Shown here: one piece after another, positions 30,322-39,703 of the stretch
How positions within the stretch are numbered: position 1 is the stretch's first letter
Layout of the letters: the number at the start of each line of letters is the position of its first letter
Source: Alphaproteobacteria bacterium
Lineage (GTDB): Bacteria; Pseudomonadota; Alphaproteobacteria; JAVJVX01
Assembly (NCBI GenBank): GCA_040220875.1
Contig: JAVJVX010000003.1
Coordinates: forward strand, 21,353-85,352
Length of the DNA: 64,000 nucleotides
Direction: 5' to 3'
Program-made: the position numbers and the translations under genes
The notes under the pieces: model-generated
The model's database searches: none
What the model was told of the DNA's origin: nothing
What the model saw: only the letters and a program-made list of their open reading frames with translations

Positions 30322-30669
30322 CTAGGGCTTCTCAGCCTGGCGGTAGAATTCGACATAGAACCGCGTTCCCTCGCGGGGGGTGACTTCGTGCGGCTCTTCC
30401 GGCCGGATGACGCCCGGCGTTCCCGGAACAAGGCGGCTTTCCGCTGCCTTTCCGGCTTCCGGCGCGAGGCGTCGCAGGAGGAGTGAGCCCGAGAGAACCT
30501 GGATGAGCGCCCAGGTGCCGCGCTTGGTGCGGTGCTCGTGGGTCAGGGCCGCGGGGATGGTCGCCGCGTCGAAGACGGGCGTGCGTTTGTAGGCTGTAGC
30601 GTCGGCGGGGAGCTGTGGCGTTTTCTCGCTCACGATCTGTCTCCGGGTTTTCGTCATCTGGGTGGACAA
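30322..30669 (-). CDS. DUF1971 (YeaR/TehB-N-like) protein
   Basis: YKRTPVFDAATIPAALTHEHRTKRGTWALIQVLSG...YVEFY follows the YeaR pattern as I recall it. Confidence 0.7.
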   Translation of the reverse strand: MSTQMTKTRRQIVSEKTPQLPADATAYKRTPVFDAATIPAALTHEHRTKRGTWALIQVLSGSLLLRRLAPEAGKAAESRLVPGTPGVIRPEEPHEVTPREGTRFYVEFYRQAEKP

Positions 30670-30761
30670 TCACGGTGTCGCGCGTGCATGTCAGGATAGC
30701 GCTGGAAATTGCCCCGCACTATGGTGTCGCGGTCAAGAGCCGAATTGAATTGAGGTAATCT

Positions 30762-31496
30762 GTGATCGAAATCATGCTGGATCCCGCGATCTGGGTGAGC
30801 TTCCTGACGCTCGCGGTTCTCGAGATCGTCCTCGGGATCGACAACATCATCTTTATTTCGATCGCGGCCGAGCGGCTGCCGCCCGAGCTCCGGCCGCGCG
30901 CCCGCCTCATCGGTCTGGCCCTGGCGCTGGCCATGCGCATCGCGCTGCTGTTGTCGATCACCTGGCTGATCAAGCTGACGACACCGATCGTGACGGTGAT
31001 GGATTTCGGCTTCTCCTGGCGCGACCTGATTTTGTTTGGCGGCGGCCTGTTTCTTCTGGCCAAGGGGACGATCGAGATTTATGAAACGGTGGAGGGCAGC
31101 GAGACGCACGTTGCAGCGAAGCCCATTGCGGCCGGGTTTACAGCCGTGATCGTCCAGATCGTGCTGCTCGATCTCGTGTTTTCCTTCGATTCCATCCTCA
31201 CCGCGATCGGCCTGACGGATCAGCTGCTGATTATGATCGCCGCAATCACGGTCGCGATGGTTGTTATGCTGCTGGCCGCGCGTCCCCTCAGTGACTTCGT
31301 GAACCGCCATCTCAGCATCAAGATTCTTGCGCTTGCCTTTCTGCTGCTGATTGGCGCGGTGCTGGTCGCCGACGGGCTCCACTTCCACATTCCGAAAGGT
31401 TATATCTATTTTTCCCTCGCCTTCTCGGTGCTGGTCCAGGCACTGATCCTGCTGGCGGCGCGGCGCAAGGCGGGCGCGGGCGGCCGGGGAGCCTGA
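30762..31496 (+). CDS. TerC-family integral membrane protein
   Basis: LAVLEIVLGIDNIIFISI and FSFDSILTAIGL motifs. Confidence 0.9.
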   Translation: MIEIMLDPAIWVSFLTLAVLEIVLGIDNIIFISIAAERLPPELRPRARLIGLALALAMRIALLLSITWLIKLTTPIVTVMDFGFSWRDLILFGGGLFLLAKGTIEIYETVEGSETHVAAKPIAAGFTAVIVQIVLLDLVFSFDSILTAIGLTDQLLIMIAAITVAMVVMLLAARPLSDFVNRHLSIKILALAFLLLIGAVLVADGLHFHIPKGYIYFSLAFSVLVQALILLAARRKAGAGGRGA

Positions 31497-31503
31497 CCCG
31501 GCC

Positions 31504-31790
31504 TCAGGAATCGCGCGCGATCTCCCCCGCGAGGTGGCGACGGCCGCCCCACGGGCGGCGGCGACGGACGCGGGCGCCGGCACCCGGCCCCTCCACCTGT
31601 CTTCGGGCCGGCTTGGCCCGTCGCGCCGGAACAGGGCAAGCCGCGCTTGCGCGTGACGCTCTTCGGATTCCAGAATGTTTACGAGAGGCTGGGCCGGGCC
31701 AAAGGCTTCGATCACCCTGGCGCAGGTGGCGCGCGCCTTGTCTTCGTCCTCGAGCGCCCCGGTCAGCGCCGCCATCTCCGCCTCGTTCAT
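31504..31790 (-). pseudogene. Possible degenerate DUF2202 (ferritin-like) gene
   Basis: The first ~60 codons (LTGALEDEDKARATCARVIEAFGPAQPLVNILESEERHAQARLALF) look like DUF2202. After that the frame turns into Arg/Pro-rich sequence and runs on, stop-free, antisense through terC. Confidence 0.3.
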
Positions 31791-31820
31791 CGGACCGATC
31801 CCGGCCGGTCACCTTCCGGC

Positions 31821-32249
31821 CTATTTCAGAAGCAGCAAGGCGACGTCATTGAAGACGCGCCATTCGCTAATCCGGCCATCCGCATCAAATACGAAAGTGT
31901 CGGTGTAGCGCGCATTGTCGATGGACGGACCATCCGTCATCTGACCGAAGAGCTTGCCGTGGACGTTGACCGCAGTCTCTCCATGGATCCAGAGATCGAA
32001 TGATTTGGTGGGCACGCTCGTGAAGAGCTGGTCGATCATGCGGTACATGTCGTCGACACCGGCGTGTCCGGTGCCGGAAAATCCGGGAAAGACGATTTCG
32101 CAATCCGGGGTGATGAACGACTTGACCCGCGCCACGTCGCGCCCTGTCAGGGCATCGTCCAGCAATTCGATGATCCGCGCCTGGCGCCATTGCGCCGTGG
32201 ATGCCCGGCTGCCCGCGTTCTTCTCCAGTGTCTCCGTCATATCGTGCAT
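31821..32249 (-). CDS. SnoaL/NTF2-like fold protein
   Basis: 142 aa. Size and pattern (ITPDCEIVFPG...W.HGETAVNVHGKLFG...ISEWRVFND) suggest an NTF2-like fold. Confidence 0.55.
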   Translation of the reverse strand: MHDMTETLEKNAGSRASTAQWRQARIIELLDDALTGRDVARVKSFITPDCEIVFPGFSGTGHAGVDDMYRMIDQLFTSVPTKSFDLWIHGETAVNVHGKLFGQMTDGPSIDNARYTDTFVFDADGRISEWRVFNDVALLLLK

Positions 32250-32290
32250 CTCCGCTGATGAGAAAATGAGGCCGGCTGGTATCCGGGCGA

Positions 32291-32866
32291 TCAGGAGCCC
32301 GCCGATTGCGGGGCCGGCAATTCATGGACATGGACGTCCGCCGCCGAGTGGGTTTCGAGAATTCGACGGGCTTTGATTTCTTCCGCCCGAGTCCCTGTCC
32401 GCACCCACAGGAGCAACCCGCCCTTGTCCATTTGCGATTGAAGATAATCGGCATGGTGTTCGCCCACCAGATCGGCCAACGCCGTGCCGATCATGCTGCC
32501 GGCTCCGCCGCCGAAAACAGCCGCGACGGCGGCGGCCAGGACCGAGCCGGTCGTGGCCACCACGGCCCCCGCAGCCGTCACGGCTCCCACGTAGAGAAGG
32601 CTGCCGATCAGCCCGCCTTCCGCATCGCCGATAGATTCGGTTGATATATAGGCGGCGCGCGGTGCGGCGGGATCATCCTCGAGCTCGGCCACTTTCGAGT
32701 ACCTGTGGCCCAGTTTCTCGGCCACGGTATTCTCGCCAGCCAGCAGACTGAGGCCGGCGCGGTCGAAGCCCGAACTCAGAAGTTCGTCCACGGCGGCTTC
32801 CAGGCTGACCGCATCGTGAAAAACGCCGACCACCTCGGTGTGGGTGTGCTCCGATATATCAGTCAT
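32291..32866 (-). CDS. Hypothetical stress-type protein with Gly/Ala-rich membrane segment (YflT/DUF1269-like?)
   Basis: N-terminal VVGVFHDAVSLEAAVDELLSSGFDRAGLSLL module, then a central GAVTAAGAVVATTGSVLAAAVAAVFGGGAGSMIG segment. Confidence 0.45.
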   Translation of the reverse strand: MTDISEHTHTEVVGVFHDAVSLEAAVDELLSSGFDRAGLSLLAGENTVAEKLGHRYSKVAELEDDPAAPRAAYISTESIGDAEGGLIGSLLYVGAVTAAGAVVATTGSVLAAAVAAVFGGGAGSMIGTALADLVGEHHADYLQSQMDKGGLLLWVRTGTRAEEIKARRILETHSAADVHVHELPAPQSAGS

Positions 32867-32926
32867 TTTTCTGATCCTAACAGGCAGGTCTTGTGCAGGT
32901 CACGCTTGTGATCCGGGCTATTCGGG

Positions 32927-33232
32927 TCAGCGGCTGACCTCCTCCTCGATCTTCGCGATATCCCCGCTCGAAAAAAGATAGTCCTTCAACTCTTTCTCGA
33001 AATCGGGATTGTTCCGACGGAGCCATTCGATAAGCATCGCCGCATGCTCCAGCTCCTCGCGCATATTATGGAGCAGGATTGCCTTCAGTGGCGCGTCCTC
33101 ACAGTCGTCCGCACGCTGGCGGTACCAGTCGGCAGCCTCCATCTCCTCCATCAGGGATCTGATGGCCTGATGCAGGGCCAGCGTCTTCGGGCTCAATCTC
33201 TCGCGCGGCGCATGTAGGGCTTCACTCGACAT
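32927..33232 (-). CDS. Encapsulated-ferritin (EncFtn) family ferritin-like protein, without obvious targeting peptide
   Basis: AIRSLMEEMEAADWYRQRADDCEDAPLKAILLHNMREELEHAAMLIEWLRRNNPDFEKELKDYLF closely parallels R. rubrum EncFtn, recalled as AIVSVMEELEAVDWYDQRVD...ILAHNRDEEKEHAAMTLEWLRRND. Confidence 0.8.
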   Translation of the reverse strand: MSSEALHAPRERLSPKTLALHQAIRSLMEEMEAADWYRQRADDCEDAPLKAILLHNMREELEHAAMLIEWLRRNNPDFEKELKDYLFSSGDIAKIEEEVSR

Positions 33233-33446
33233 CTGCTATCCTCTTGGAAAATTTCCGGAACCTGTTGGCATGCCAGCACAGCCGGCTGGCGTCAGCATTC
33301 ACATATACTAACCTAAAAGGCGGCCTCCATCGCGCCTTGACCTGGCCCCGTAAAGCCGGCCGCCCGCGTATTTTCTTGCCGTCATCAATCTCCCGCCCTT
33401 AGATTGCCTGCGAATTCACGGACTTGGGTAGTTTCGAGCCGGCCCC

Positions 33447-34370
33447 ATGGCGGACCTGACAGTCATCATCCTGACCTATAACGAGGAAAAGCATCTCGCC
33501 CGCGCCCTCGCCAGCGTACGGCCTGTGGCGGCACGGATCGTCGTGGTCGATTCGCACTCAAACGACGCCACTTGCCGCATTGCCCGCGACGCGGGGGCCG
33601 ACGTCCTCCAGCATGATTTTGTCAATCAGGCGCAGCAGTTCAACTGGGCGCTCGAAAACGCCGGGGTAACGACGGGCTGGGTCATGCGCCTCGATGCCGA
33701 CGAGGTGGTCGAGGACGATCTCGCGCGCGAGATCGAAGCCCGCCTTGGCGCCCTCGGTCCGGAGATTGCGGGGATCAGGCTGCGCCGGAAGCACATTTTT
33801 CTCGGGCGCTGGATCCGCTGGGGCGGGCGCTACCCGGTCACCTTACTGCGCCTCTGGCGGAACGGCGCCGCGCGGTCCGAGCAGCGCTGGATGGACGAGC
33901 ACATCGTCCTGTTGCGCGGCCGGGTCGTGACCTTCCGGGGCGGCTTTGCCGACCACAATCTGAACGACATCACGGCCTTTACGGAAAAGCACAATCGCTA
34001 TGCCACGCGGGAGGCGGTCGAGATCATCAACCAGCGCTACGGGCTTTTTCCGCGCGACGAGATCATGACAGCGGGAAACAAACTCTCCGGCCCGGCTCTG
34101 AAGCGGTATCTGAAGGAAAATGTCTATAACGTTGCGCCTGCCGTTCTCAACGCGACGCTGTACTTCATTTGGCGCTATTTCCTGCTTCTGGGCTTCCTCG
34201 ACGGCAAGCCCGGCTTCATCTATCACTTTCTCCAGGGCTACTGGTATCGGGTGCTGGTGGAGGCCAAGGTTTTCGAGCTTGAGAGGGCGCTTGCCCCGCT
34301 CTCTTCGGCCGAGGAACGGCTCGCCGCCCTGGCTCGACATACCGGGCTGCCGCTCGACAAGGGCGGCTGA
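33447..34370 (+). CDS. Family 2 glycosyltransferase
   Basis: LTVIILTYNEEKHLARALASV...VVVDSHSNDAT and the RLDADE (DxD-like) motif. Confidence 0.85.
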   Translation: MADLTVIILTYNEEKHLARALASVRPVAARIVVVDSHSNDATCRIARDAGADVLQHDFVNQAQQFNWALENAGVTTGWVMRLDADEVVEDDLAREIEARLGALGPEIAGIRLRRKHIFLGRWIRWGGRYPVTLLRLWRNGAARSEQRWMDEHIVLLRGRVVTFRGGFADHNLNDITAFTEKHNRYATREAVEIINQRYGLFPRDEIMTAGNKLSGPALKRYLKENVYNVAPAVLNATLYFIWRYFLLLGFLDGKPGFIYHFLQGYWYRVLVEAKVFELERALAPLSSAEERLAALARHTGLPLDKGG

Positions 34371-34484
34371 AGGCCACCTGCCGCCGTGCCCGGGATGCCG
34401 GATGTCCGCCCGCCGGTTTCGGTTTCTCATGTCTGCTTTTTCGGGCCAATATCCGGGACCCGTATTTCAGCCGAGTGTTTCGCC

Positions 34485-35012
34485 ATGAGCAGAAAGCCGC
34501 CCTCACCAAAGGAGTCGCCGGCAAAAACGCGCGCCCGGCGCCCGCCCAGTCTCAAGGCCGATCTCGATCACCTGATCGGCCGGGGCCGGTTGGTCGGCTG
34601 GCGCGAATGGGTGGCGCTGCCCGACCTCGGCGTCCCCCGCCTCAAGGCCAAGATCGACACGGGCGCGCGGACTTCGGCGCTCCACGCGGTCAATTTGCGT
34701 CCTTTTGAGACGAACGGCGATGAATGGCTTGCGTTTACCGTCGAGCCTCATGTAAGGGGCGGGAGCGACCACGCTGCCATCGAGTGCCGGGCCCCTTTGT
34801 GGGATCGCCGCGCGGTGCGGAACTCGGGCGGCTCGGTGGAGAGCCGGTATGTCATCAAGACCGCACTTGCGATTGGCGGGCGGCAGTTTGAAATCGAGGT
34901 GACCCTGACGAATCGCAGCGACATGGGGTTCGAGATGCTTGTCGGTCGCACGGCGCTGCGCACGGGGCGCCTGTTCGTTCATCCCGCGCGGTCCTTCGTC
35001 CAGGGCAAATAG
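34485..35012 (+). CDS. RimK-associated retropepsin-like protease (DUF785 / putative ATP-dependent zinc protease)
   Basis: VGWREWVALPDLGVPRLKAKIDTGARTSALHA is the DUF785 signature. The gene lies immediately upstream of rimK. Confidence 0.8.
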   Translation: MSRKPPSPKESPAKTRARRPPSLKADLDHLIGRGRLVGWREWVALPDLGVPRLKAKIDTGARTSALHAVNLRPFETNGDEWLAFTVEPHVRGGSDHAAIECRAPLWDRRAVRNSGGSVESRYVIKTALAIGGRQFEIEVTLTNRSDMGFEMLVGRTALRTGRLFVHPARSFVQGK

Positions 35013-35072
35013 GGTCATTGCCCCAATTTGCTTTATCGTTGTCGCCGGGTCTGATCCGGAAGGAAGCCGTCC

Positions 35073-35978
35073 ATGAAAATAGCCATGATGGCCCGAAATC
35101 CCGACCTCTACTCTCATAGGAGGCTGGTGGAGGCTGCCGAGGCGCGAGGCCATGAAATCCATGTCATCAACACTCTGCGCTGTTATATGAACATTACCTC
35201 CTATCGGCCGGAGGTTTATCATAATGGCGAAAGCCTGGTGGGATACGATGCGGTCATTCCCCGGATCGGGGCCTCGATCACGTTCTACGGTCTCGCCGTC
35301 CTGCGGCAATTCGAGATGATGGGTGTCTATCCGCTCAACGAATCGGTTGCCATCGGCCGCTCGCGCGACAAGCTGCGTTCCATGCAACTCCTGGCGCGCG
35401 AGGGGATCGGCCTGCCGGTCACGGCCTTTGCCCATGATCCGCGTGTGACCGAACAGGTGCTGGATATTGCGGGCGGTGCACCCGCGGTGATCAAGCTGCT
35501 GGAGGGGACCCAGGGGATCGGCGTGGTGCTGGCGGACACGGCGCGCTCGGCCAAATCGGTGATCGAGGCGTTCCGGGGCGTCAATGTGAATATCCTCGTG
35601 CAGGAATTCATCAAGGAGGCGGCGGGGTCCGACATTCGCGCCTTCGTGGTTGGCGGCAAGGTGATCGCGGCCATGCAGCGGACCGGTGCCGACGGCGACT
35701 TTCGCTCGAACCTGCATCGGGGCGGATCGGCCCGCGCCATCAAGATCACCTCGATCGAACGCTCGACGGCCGTCAAGGCGGCAAAGGCGCTGGGACTCAA
35801 CGTCTGTGGCGTCGACATGCTGCGTGCCAACCGCGGCCCGCTCGTGATGGAGGTGAACTCGTCGCCCGGCCTGGAGGGTATGGAAAAAGCCACAGGAACC
35901 GACGTTGCCGACACCATCATCCAGTTCATCGAAAAGAACGCCCGCCCGGGCAAGACCCGGACGAAGGGCAAGGGATAG
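35073..35978 (+). CDS. rimK: Ribosomal protein S6 L-glutamate ligase (ATP-grasp)
   Basis: 301 aa with [45 protein letters not shown] and [17 protein letters not shown]. Confidence 0.92.
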   Translation: MKIAMMARNPDLYSHRRLVEAAEARGHEIHVINTLRCYMNITSYRPEVYHNGESLVGYDAVIPRIGASITFYGLAVLRQFEMMGVYPLNESVAIGRSRDKLRSMQLLAREGIGLPVTAFAHDPRVTEQVLDIAGGAPAVIKLLEGTQGIGVVLADTARSAKSVIEAFRGVNVNILVQEFIKEAAGSDIRAFVVGGKVIAAMQRTGADGDFRSNLHRGGSARAIKITSIERSTAVKAAKALGLNVCGVDMLRANRGPLVMEVNSSPGLEGMEKATGTDVADTIIQFIEKNARPGKTRTKGKG

Positions 35979-35981
35979 GAC

Positions 35982-37019
35982 ATGGCGGAAGGGTTCACGA
36001 TCGGCGGCGTCAACGTGCCGCCCGGCAGCCGCCAGACGGTAGACCTGCCGGTCAGTGTCCTGTCCAACCACACGCCGATGTCGCTGCAGACACAGGTGGT
36101 GCACGGCCGCCGCGCGGGGCCGACGCTGTTCGTCAGTGGTGTGGTTCATGGTGACGAGATCATCGGGGTCGAGATCATCCGCCGGCTGCTCAATGTGCCC
36201 GCCTTGTCCCGGTTGCGCGGCACATTGCTGGCGATCCCCATCGTCAACGGTTTCGGCTTCATCAGCCATTCCCGCTACCTGCCGGATCGCCGCGATCTCA
36301 ACCGCGCCTTCCCCGGCAATGCCCGGGGCTCGCTCGCTGCCCAGCTTGCCGACCTCTTCATGCGCGAGATCGTCCTTCGTTCGGATTTCGGGATTGATCT
36401 TCACTCGGCCGCCCTGCATCGGGTGAATCTGCCTCAGATCCGGTTGTCCCCGTCCAATCCGACCGCACTCGACCTGGCCAACGCCTTTGGCGCGCCCGTC
36501 GTGGTGACCGCCGGGCTCCGCGAAGGGTCTCTTCGTCAGGCGGCGCTGGCGGAAGGCGTCGATATCCTCCTATACGAGGCGGGCGAGGGGCTGCGCTTTG
36601 ACGAGGTGGCGGTCCGGCAGGGTGTGAAGGGCGTGCTTCGGGTCATGGTGAAGCTGGGCATGCTGCCGTCCCGCGTCGTCAGTGCGGCCCGGCGACCGCC
36701 GGCCCTTTGCACGTCGAGCTACTGGGTCCGCGCGCCCCGGGGCGGAATCTTGCGGACCTTTCAACCGATCGGGGCGGGAGTCGAGGCGGAGGCGGTCATC
36801 GGCGTCATCTCCGATCCGTTCGGCGAGACGGAAAGCGAGGTCCAGGCGGGCGAGGGCGGATTGATCATCGGGCGCACCAACCTGCCGATTGTCAATCAGG
36901 GCGACGGGCTTTTCCATATCGCACGGGTGGTTCACGGACCCCGGGCGGAAGCGGGTGTCGAGCAGGCGCTTGCCGATCTGCAGTCCGATCCGATGTTTGA
37001 CGAGGACGAGATTATCTAG
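35982..37019 (+). CDS. Succinylglutamate desuccinylase/aspartoacylase-family zinc hydrolase
   Basis: It has VVHGDEIIGVEIIRRLL (the H-x-x-E zinc site) and DLNRAFPG. Confidence 0.85.
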   Translation: MAEGFTIGGVNVPPGSRQTVDLPVSVLSNHTPMSLQTQVVHGRRAGPTLFVSGVVHGDEIIGVEIIRRLLNVPALSRLRGTLLAIPIVNGFGFISHSRYLPDRRDLNRAFPGNARGSLAAQLADLFMREIVLRSDFGIDLHSAALHRVNLPQIRLSPSNPTALDLANAFGAPVVVTAGLREGSLRQAALAEGVDILLYEAGEGLRFDEVAVRQGVKGVLRVMVKLGMLPSRVVSAARRPPALCTSSYWVRAPRGGILRTFQPIGAGVEAEAVIGVISDPFGETESEVQAGEGGLIIGRTNLPIVNQGDGLFHIARVVHGPRAEAGVEQALADLQSDPMFDEDEII

Positions 37020-37480
37020 CGTCGGCCGCCGGGCGGGACGGTCTCCGGCCGGGTCGCGAGGTAGAGGGAAATGAGCGCGAGAAGGAAGCCCAGCCCATAG
37101 AGGACGCGATCCGGCATTCCCGCCAGCAGGGCCGTCAGGGCGAACGACAGGGAAATGCCTCCGATGGCCGCCATTTTCGAAGAGCGCTCGATAACCCGGT
37201 AGCTGACGAAAAGTTCGATCGGCTCGCCGAAACGCTTGTGGGCGAAGAGCCGGCGCTGAAGATCGGGCGCCCCCCGCGCGTAGCAGAAGGCCGCCAGAAT
37301 CCAGAAAATCGTCGTCGGCAGGAGCGGCAGGAAGATGCCCAGCGTGCCGAGACCGACCAGCGCCGTGCCGAGGCCGCGATAAAGGTAACGGCGGACGGGG
37401 GGCAGCGCAGGCGCGCCTCGCGTTTCGGCCCGGGCGGCGCGTTCCGACAGGGTGGGGCTGGTGGGCGATATCTGGGTCAT
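37016..37480 (-). CDS. DUF454 (YbaN-like) inner-membrane protein
   Basis: LGTLGIFLPLLPTTIFWILAAFCYARGAP is the YbaN family motif. Confidence 0.75.
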   Translation of the reverse strand: MTQISPTSPTLSERAARAETRGAPALPPVRRYLYRGLGTALVGLGTLGIFLPLLPTTIFWILAAFCYARGAPDLQRRLFAHKRFGEPIELFVSYRVIERSSKMAAIGGISLSFALTALLAGMPDRVLYGLGFLLALISLYLATRPETVPPGGRR

Positions 37481-37572
37481 CTCGGGCGGTCCGAGCCCTC
37501 ATTGGGGAGGTTTCCGGCCCCTTATAACAACCGATAGTTGCCAAGAAATGAAGACTTTCCCCGAATCCTTTC

Positions 37573-38337
37573 CTACGACGGCGTGTGTTCAGGGCTCACC
37601 GGTGCGGCGGGGCCCGGCACGGGCGAGAGATGTCGGCGCAACAGCGCCACACCCAGATAGATCAGCGGCGTGTCCAGAAGGGCGAGGATCACTTTGCAAA
37701 GATACGAGGCAACGATGATGCGTCCGACCAGGCCCCAATCCAGCCCCAGCCCGAAACCGAGAAAAAGACTGTTCACCACGATGGTATCGATCAGTTGCGA
37801 GCTCATGGTCGAGGCGTTGTTGCGCAGCCAGAGATGGCGACCCCGAGTGACCCGTTTCCAGAAATGAAACAGCCTGACATCGGCGAGCTGAGCGACGAGA
37901 TACGCGGTCATCGAGGCCATGATCAGGATCGTTGGCAGGGTGAAAACGGACTCGAAGGCGCGCTGCATTTCCTCGGCCGTGGCATAGTAGGGACTGGCGT
38001 CCGACCAGGCCGGGGCGGCTGGCAATGCCAGGGACAACTGGATCAGAAAAAGGGCTAGCAGGCTCATCGCGAAGCCGGTCGCAACCATCAGATTGGCGCG
38101 CCGCTGCCCCCAGATTTCGCAGACGATGTCGGTCAGGAGAAAGGTGAGCGGGTAGGTGATCAGCCCGGCGGTAAGGACCATGGCCTCGCCAAAGAGGCCA
38201 TGGGGCAGGGTGTCGGGAAAGGCCAGAAACAGCTTGATGCCGATAATGTTTGTCAGCACGAGCACCACGGCGAAGCCGGCCATGAGTACGGCGAAGGCGC
38301 GCTCGGATTTCTCGTCCTCGGAAGGTGTTTCGTCCAC
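37573..38337 (-). CDS. yhhQ: Queuosine-precursor transporter (YhhQ/DUF165 family)
   Basis: Polytopic membrane protein with TYPLTFLLTDIVCEIWG and ASTMSSQLIDTIVVNSLF motifs. Confidence 0.8.
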   Translation of the reverse strand: MDETPSEDEKSERAFAVLMAGFAVVLVLTNIIGIKLFLAFPDTLPHGLFGEAMVLTAGLITYPLTFLLTDIVCEIWGQRRANLMVATGFAMSLLALFLIQLSLALPAAPAWSDASPYYATAEEMQRAFESVFTLPTILIMASMTAYLVAQLADVRLFHFWKRVTRGRHLWLRNNASTMSSQLIDTIVVNSLFLGFGLGLDWGLVGRIIVASYLCKVILALLDTPLIYLGVALLRRHLSPVPGPAAPVSPEHTPS

Positions 38338-38497
38338 GGCGGATCTCGTCCGATGTTGGCCGGGCTAGCGTGGGGCGAGCATACTGGCCCGGGAGAAAGG
38401 GTCGAGAGGGAAATTGCCTGGCGTTTGACGCGGTCCGCCAAAGGCGCAATAAGGGAAGAAAGGGCCGGAACGACGGCAATTTTGCGGGAATCGGATA

Positions 38498-38887
38498 ATG
38501 ACGGAAAGTGCTTCTGAGGCCGTGGCGCGCGAGGTGATCGGCCGGCTTCGCTTCAACGAGGCGGGGCTTGTCCCCGCGATTGCCCAGCAATTCGATACCG
38601 GCAAGGTGCTGATGATGGCCTGGATGTCGGCCGAGGCTATCCGCGAAACCTTGGCGACGGGGCGGGTCTGCTATTACTCGCGCTCGCGCCAGAATCTTTG
38701 GCGCAAGGGCGAGACGTCCGGCCACACGCAGCGCCTCGTGGAGTTCCGCTTCGACTGCGACGACGACACGATCCTGCTTCTGGTCGACCAGACCGGTCCC
38801 GCCTGCCACACCAACCGGCCCAATTGTTTTTTCCACGCGGTCCGCGACGGCGGGATCGTTGAGATTTCGGAGCCGGTTGCCGACTAG
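38498..38887 (+). CDS. hisI: Phosphoribosyl-AMP cyclohydrolase (monofunctional)
   Basis: GLVPAIAQQFDTGKVLMMAWMSAEAIRETLATGRVCYYSRSRQNLWRKGETSGHTQ...CDDDTILLLVDQTGPACHT. Confidence 0.92.
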   Translation: MTESASEAVAREVIGRLRFNEAGLVPAIAQQFDTGKVLMMAWMSAEAIRETLATGRVCYYSRSRQNLWRKGETSGHTQRLVEFRFDCDDDTILLLVDQTGPACHTNRPNCFFHAVRDGGIVEISEPVAD

Positions 38888-38929
38888 CCGGAAGCCCGAT
38901 CCCGAGAAGCCGCGGCCGGAATAAGTCCG

Positions 38930-39703
38930 TCAGGCCATAATGTGCTGGCCGCCATCGATATAGTGGATACCGCCCGTGACGTTGGTCGCGCCGTCGCCGA
39001 TAAGGAAGCTTGCATAGGCGCCGATTTCATCGAGCGTAACCGTATGGTGTGTCGGCGCCTTTTCCCGCGCCTCGGCGAGCAATGCGTCGAAATCCTCGAG
39101 CCCGCCGGCGGCGCGGGTGGGGATGGGGCCGGGCGACAGGGCGTTGACCCTGATTCCGCGCGGCCCCAGCTCGGCTGCCGCATAACGCACCACCGCTTCC
39201 AGCGCGGCCTTGACCGGCCCCATCAGGTTGTAATGGGGAACGACCCTTTCCGCGCCGAGATAGCTGACGGTTATCAGGCTGCCGCCACCCCCCATCAGTG
39301 GCACGGCGCAGCCGGCGAGGCGAAGAAAGGAATGGCACGATGTGTCCATGGCGGTGAGGAAACCTTCGCGCGATGCCTGCCAAAGCGGCCGGTGCAGATC
39401 GTCTTTCGGGGCGAAGGCGACGGAATGGAGAAGAAAATCCAACTCGCCCCATACGCGTGAGATTTCCGCAAAAACCTGCGCCAGGGTGTGAGCGTCCCGC
39501 AGGTCCAGCGGCAGCACGATCTCGGCCCCCAGTTCCTGCGCCAGCGGAACCACATGGGCCGCCGCCTTTTCGTTGAGATAAGTGATCGCGAGCCGCGCGC
39601 CCGCGGTCTGAAAGGCCCGCGCGCAGCCGAAGGCGATGCTGTCGCGGTTGGCAATGCCGACGATAAGGCCTTTCTTGCCGTTCAGGCGAGAATCCGTGGT
39701 CAT
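38930..39703 (-). CDS. fabI: Enoyl-ACP reductase (NADH)
   Basis: LNGKKGLIVGIANRDSIAFGCA; it also has the Y...K catalytic region and RVNALSPGPI. Confidence 0.92.
   Translation of the reverse strand: MTTDSRLNGKKGLIVGIANRDSIAFGCARAFQTAGARLAITYLNEKAAAHVVPLAQELGAEIVLPLDLRDAHTLAQVFAEISRVWGELDFLLHSVAFAPKDDLHRPLWQASREGFLTAMDTSCHSFLRLAGCAVPLMGGGGSLITVSYLGAERVVPHYNLMGPVKAALEAVVRYAAAELGPRGIRVNALSPGPIPTRAAGGLEDFDALLAEAREKAPTHHTVTLDEIGAYASFLIGDGATNVTGGIHYIDGGQHIMA

Noticed and set aside
30670-30761. yybP-ykoY (manganese) riboswitch upstream of the TerC-family gene.
   Set aside because: The leader is only ~90 nt. It lacks the conserved GGGGAGUAG-type core that I recall for this family.
30654-31790. 378-aa ORF as a real protein.
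   Set aside because: Only its first ~60 codons show family resemblance (DUF2202). The remainder is low-complexity and antisense to the well-supported terC gene.
33266-33278. Sigma-54 promoter (TGGCATGCCAGCA) between the EncFtn-like gene and the GT2 gene.
   Set aside because: The GC dinucleotide is not at the required -12 spacing from the GG on either strand. The match is a chance TGGCA palindrome.
38338-38497. preQ1 riboswitch upstream of the yhhQ-type queuosine-precursor transporter.
   Set aside because: No short hairpin followed by the A-rich CCCTCTATAAAAAACTA-like tail could be found on the yhhQ strand. The region is GC-rich with no matching pseudoknot elements.
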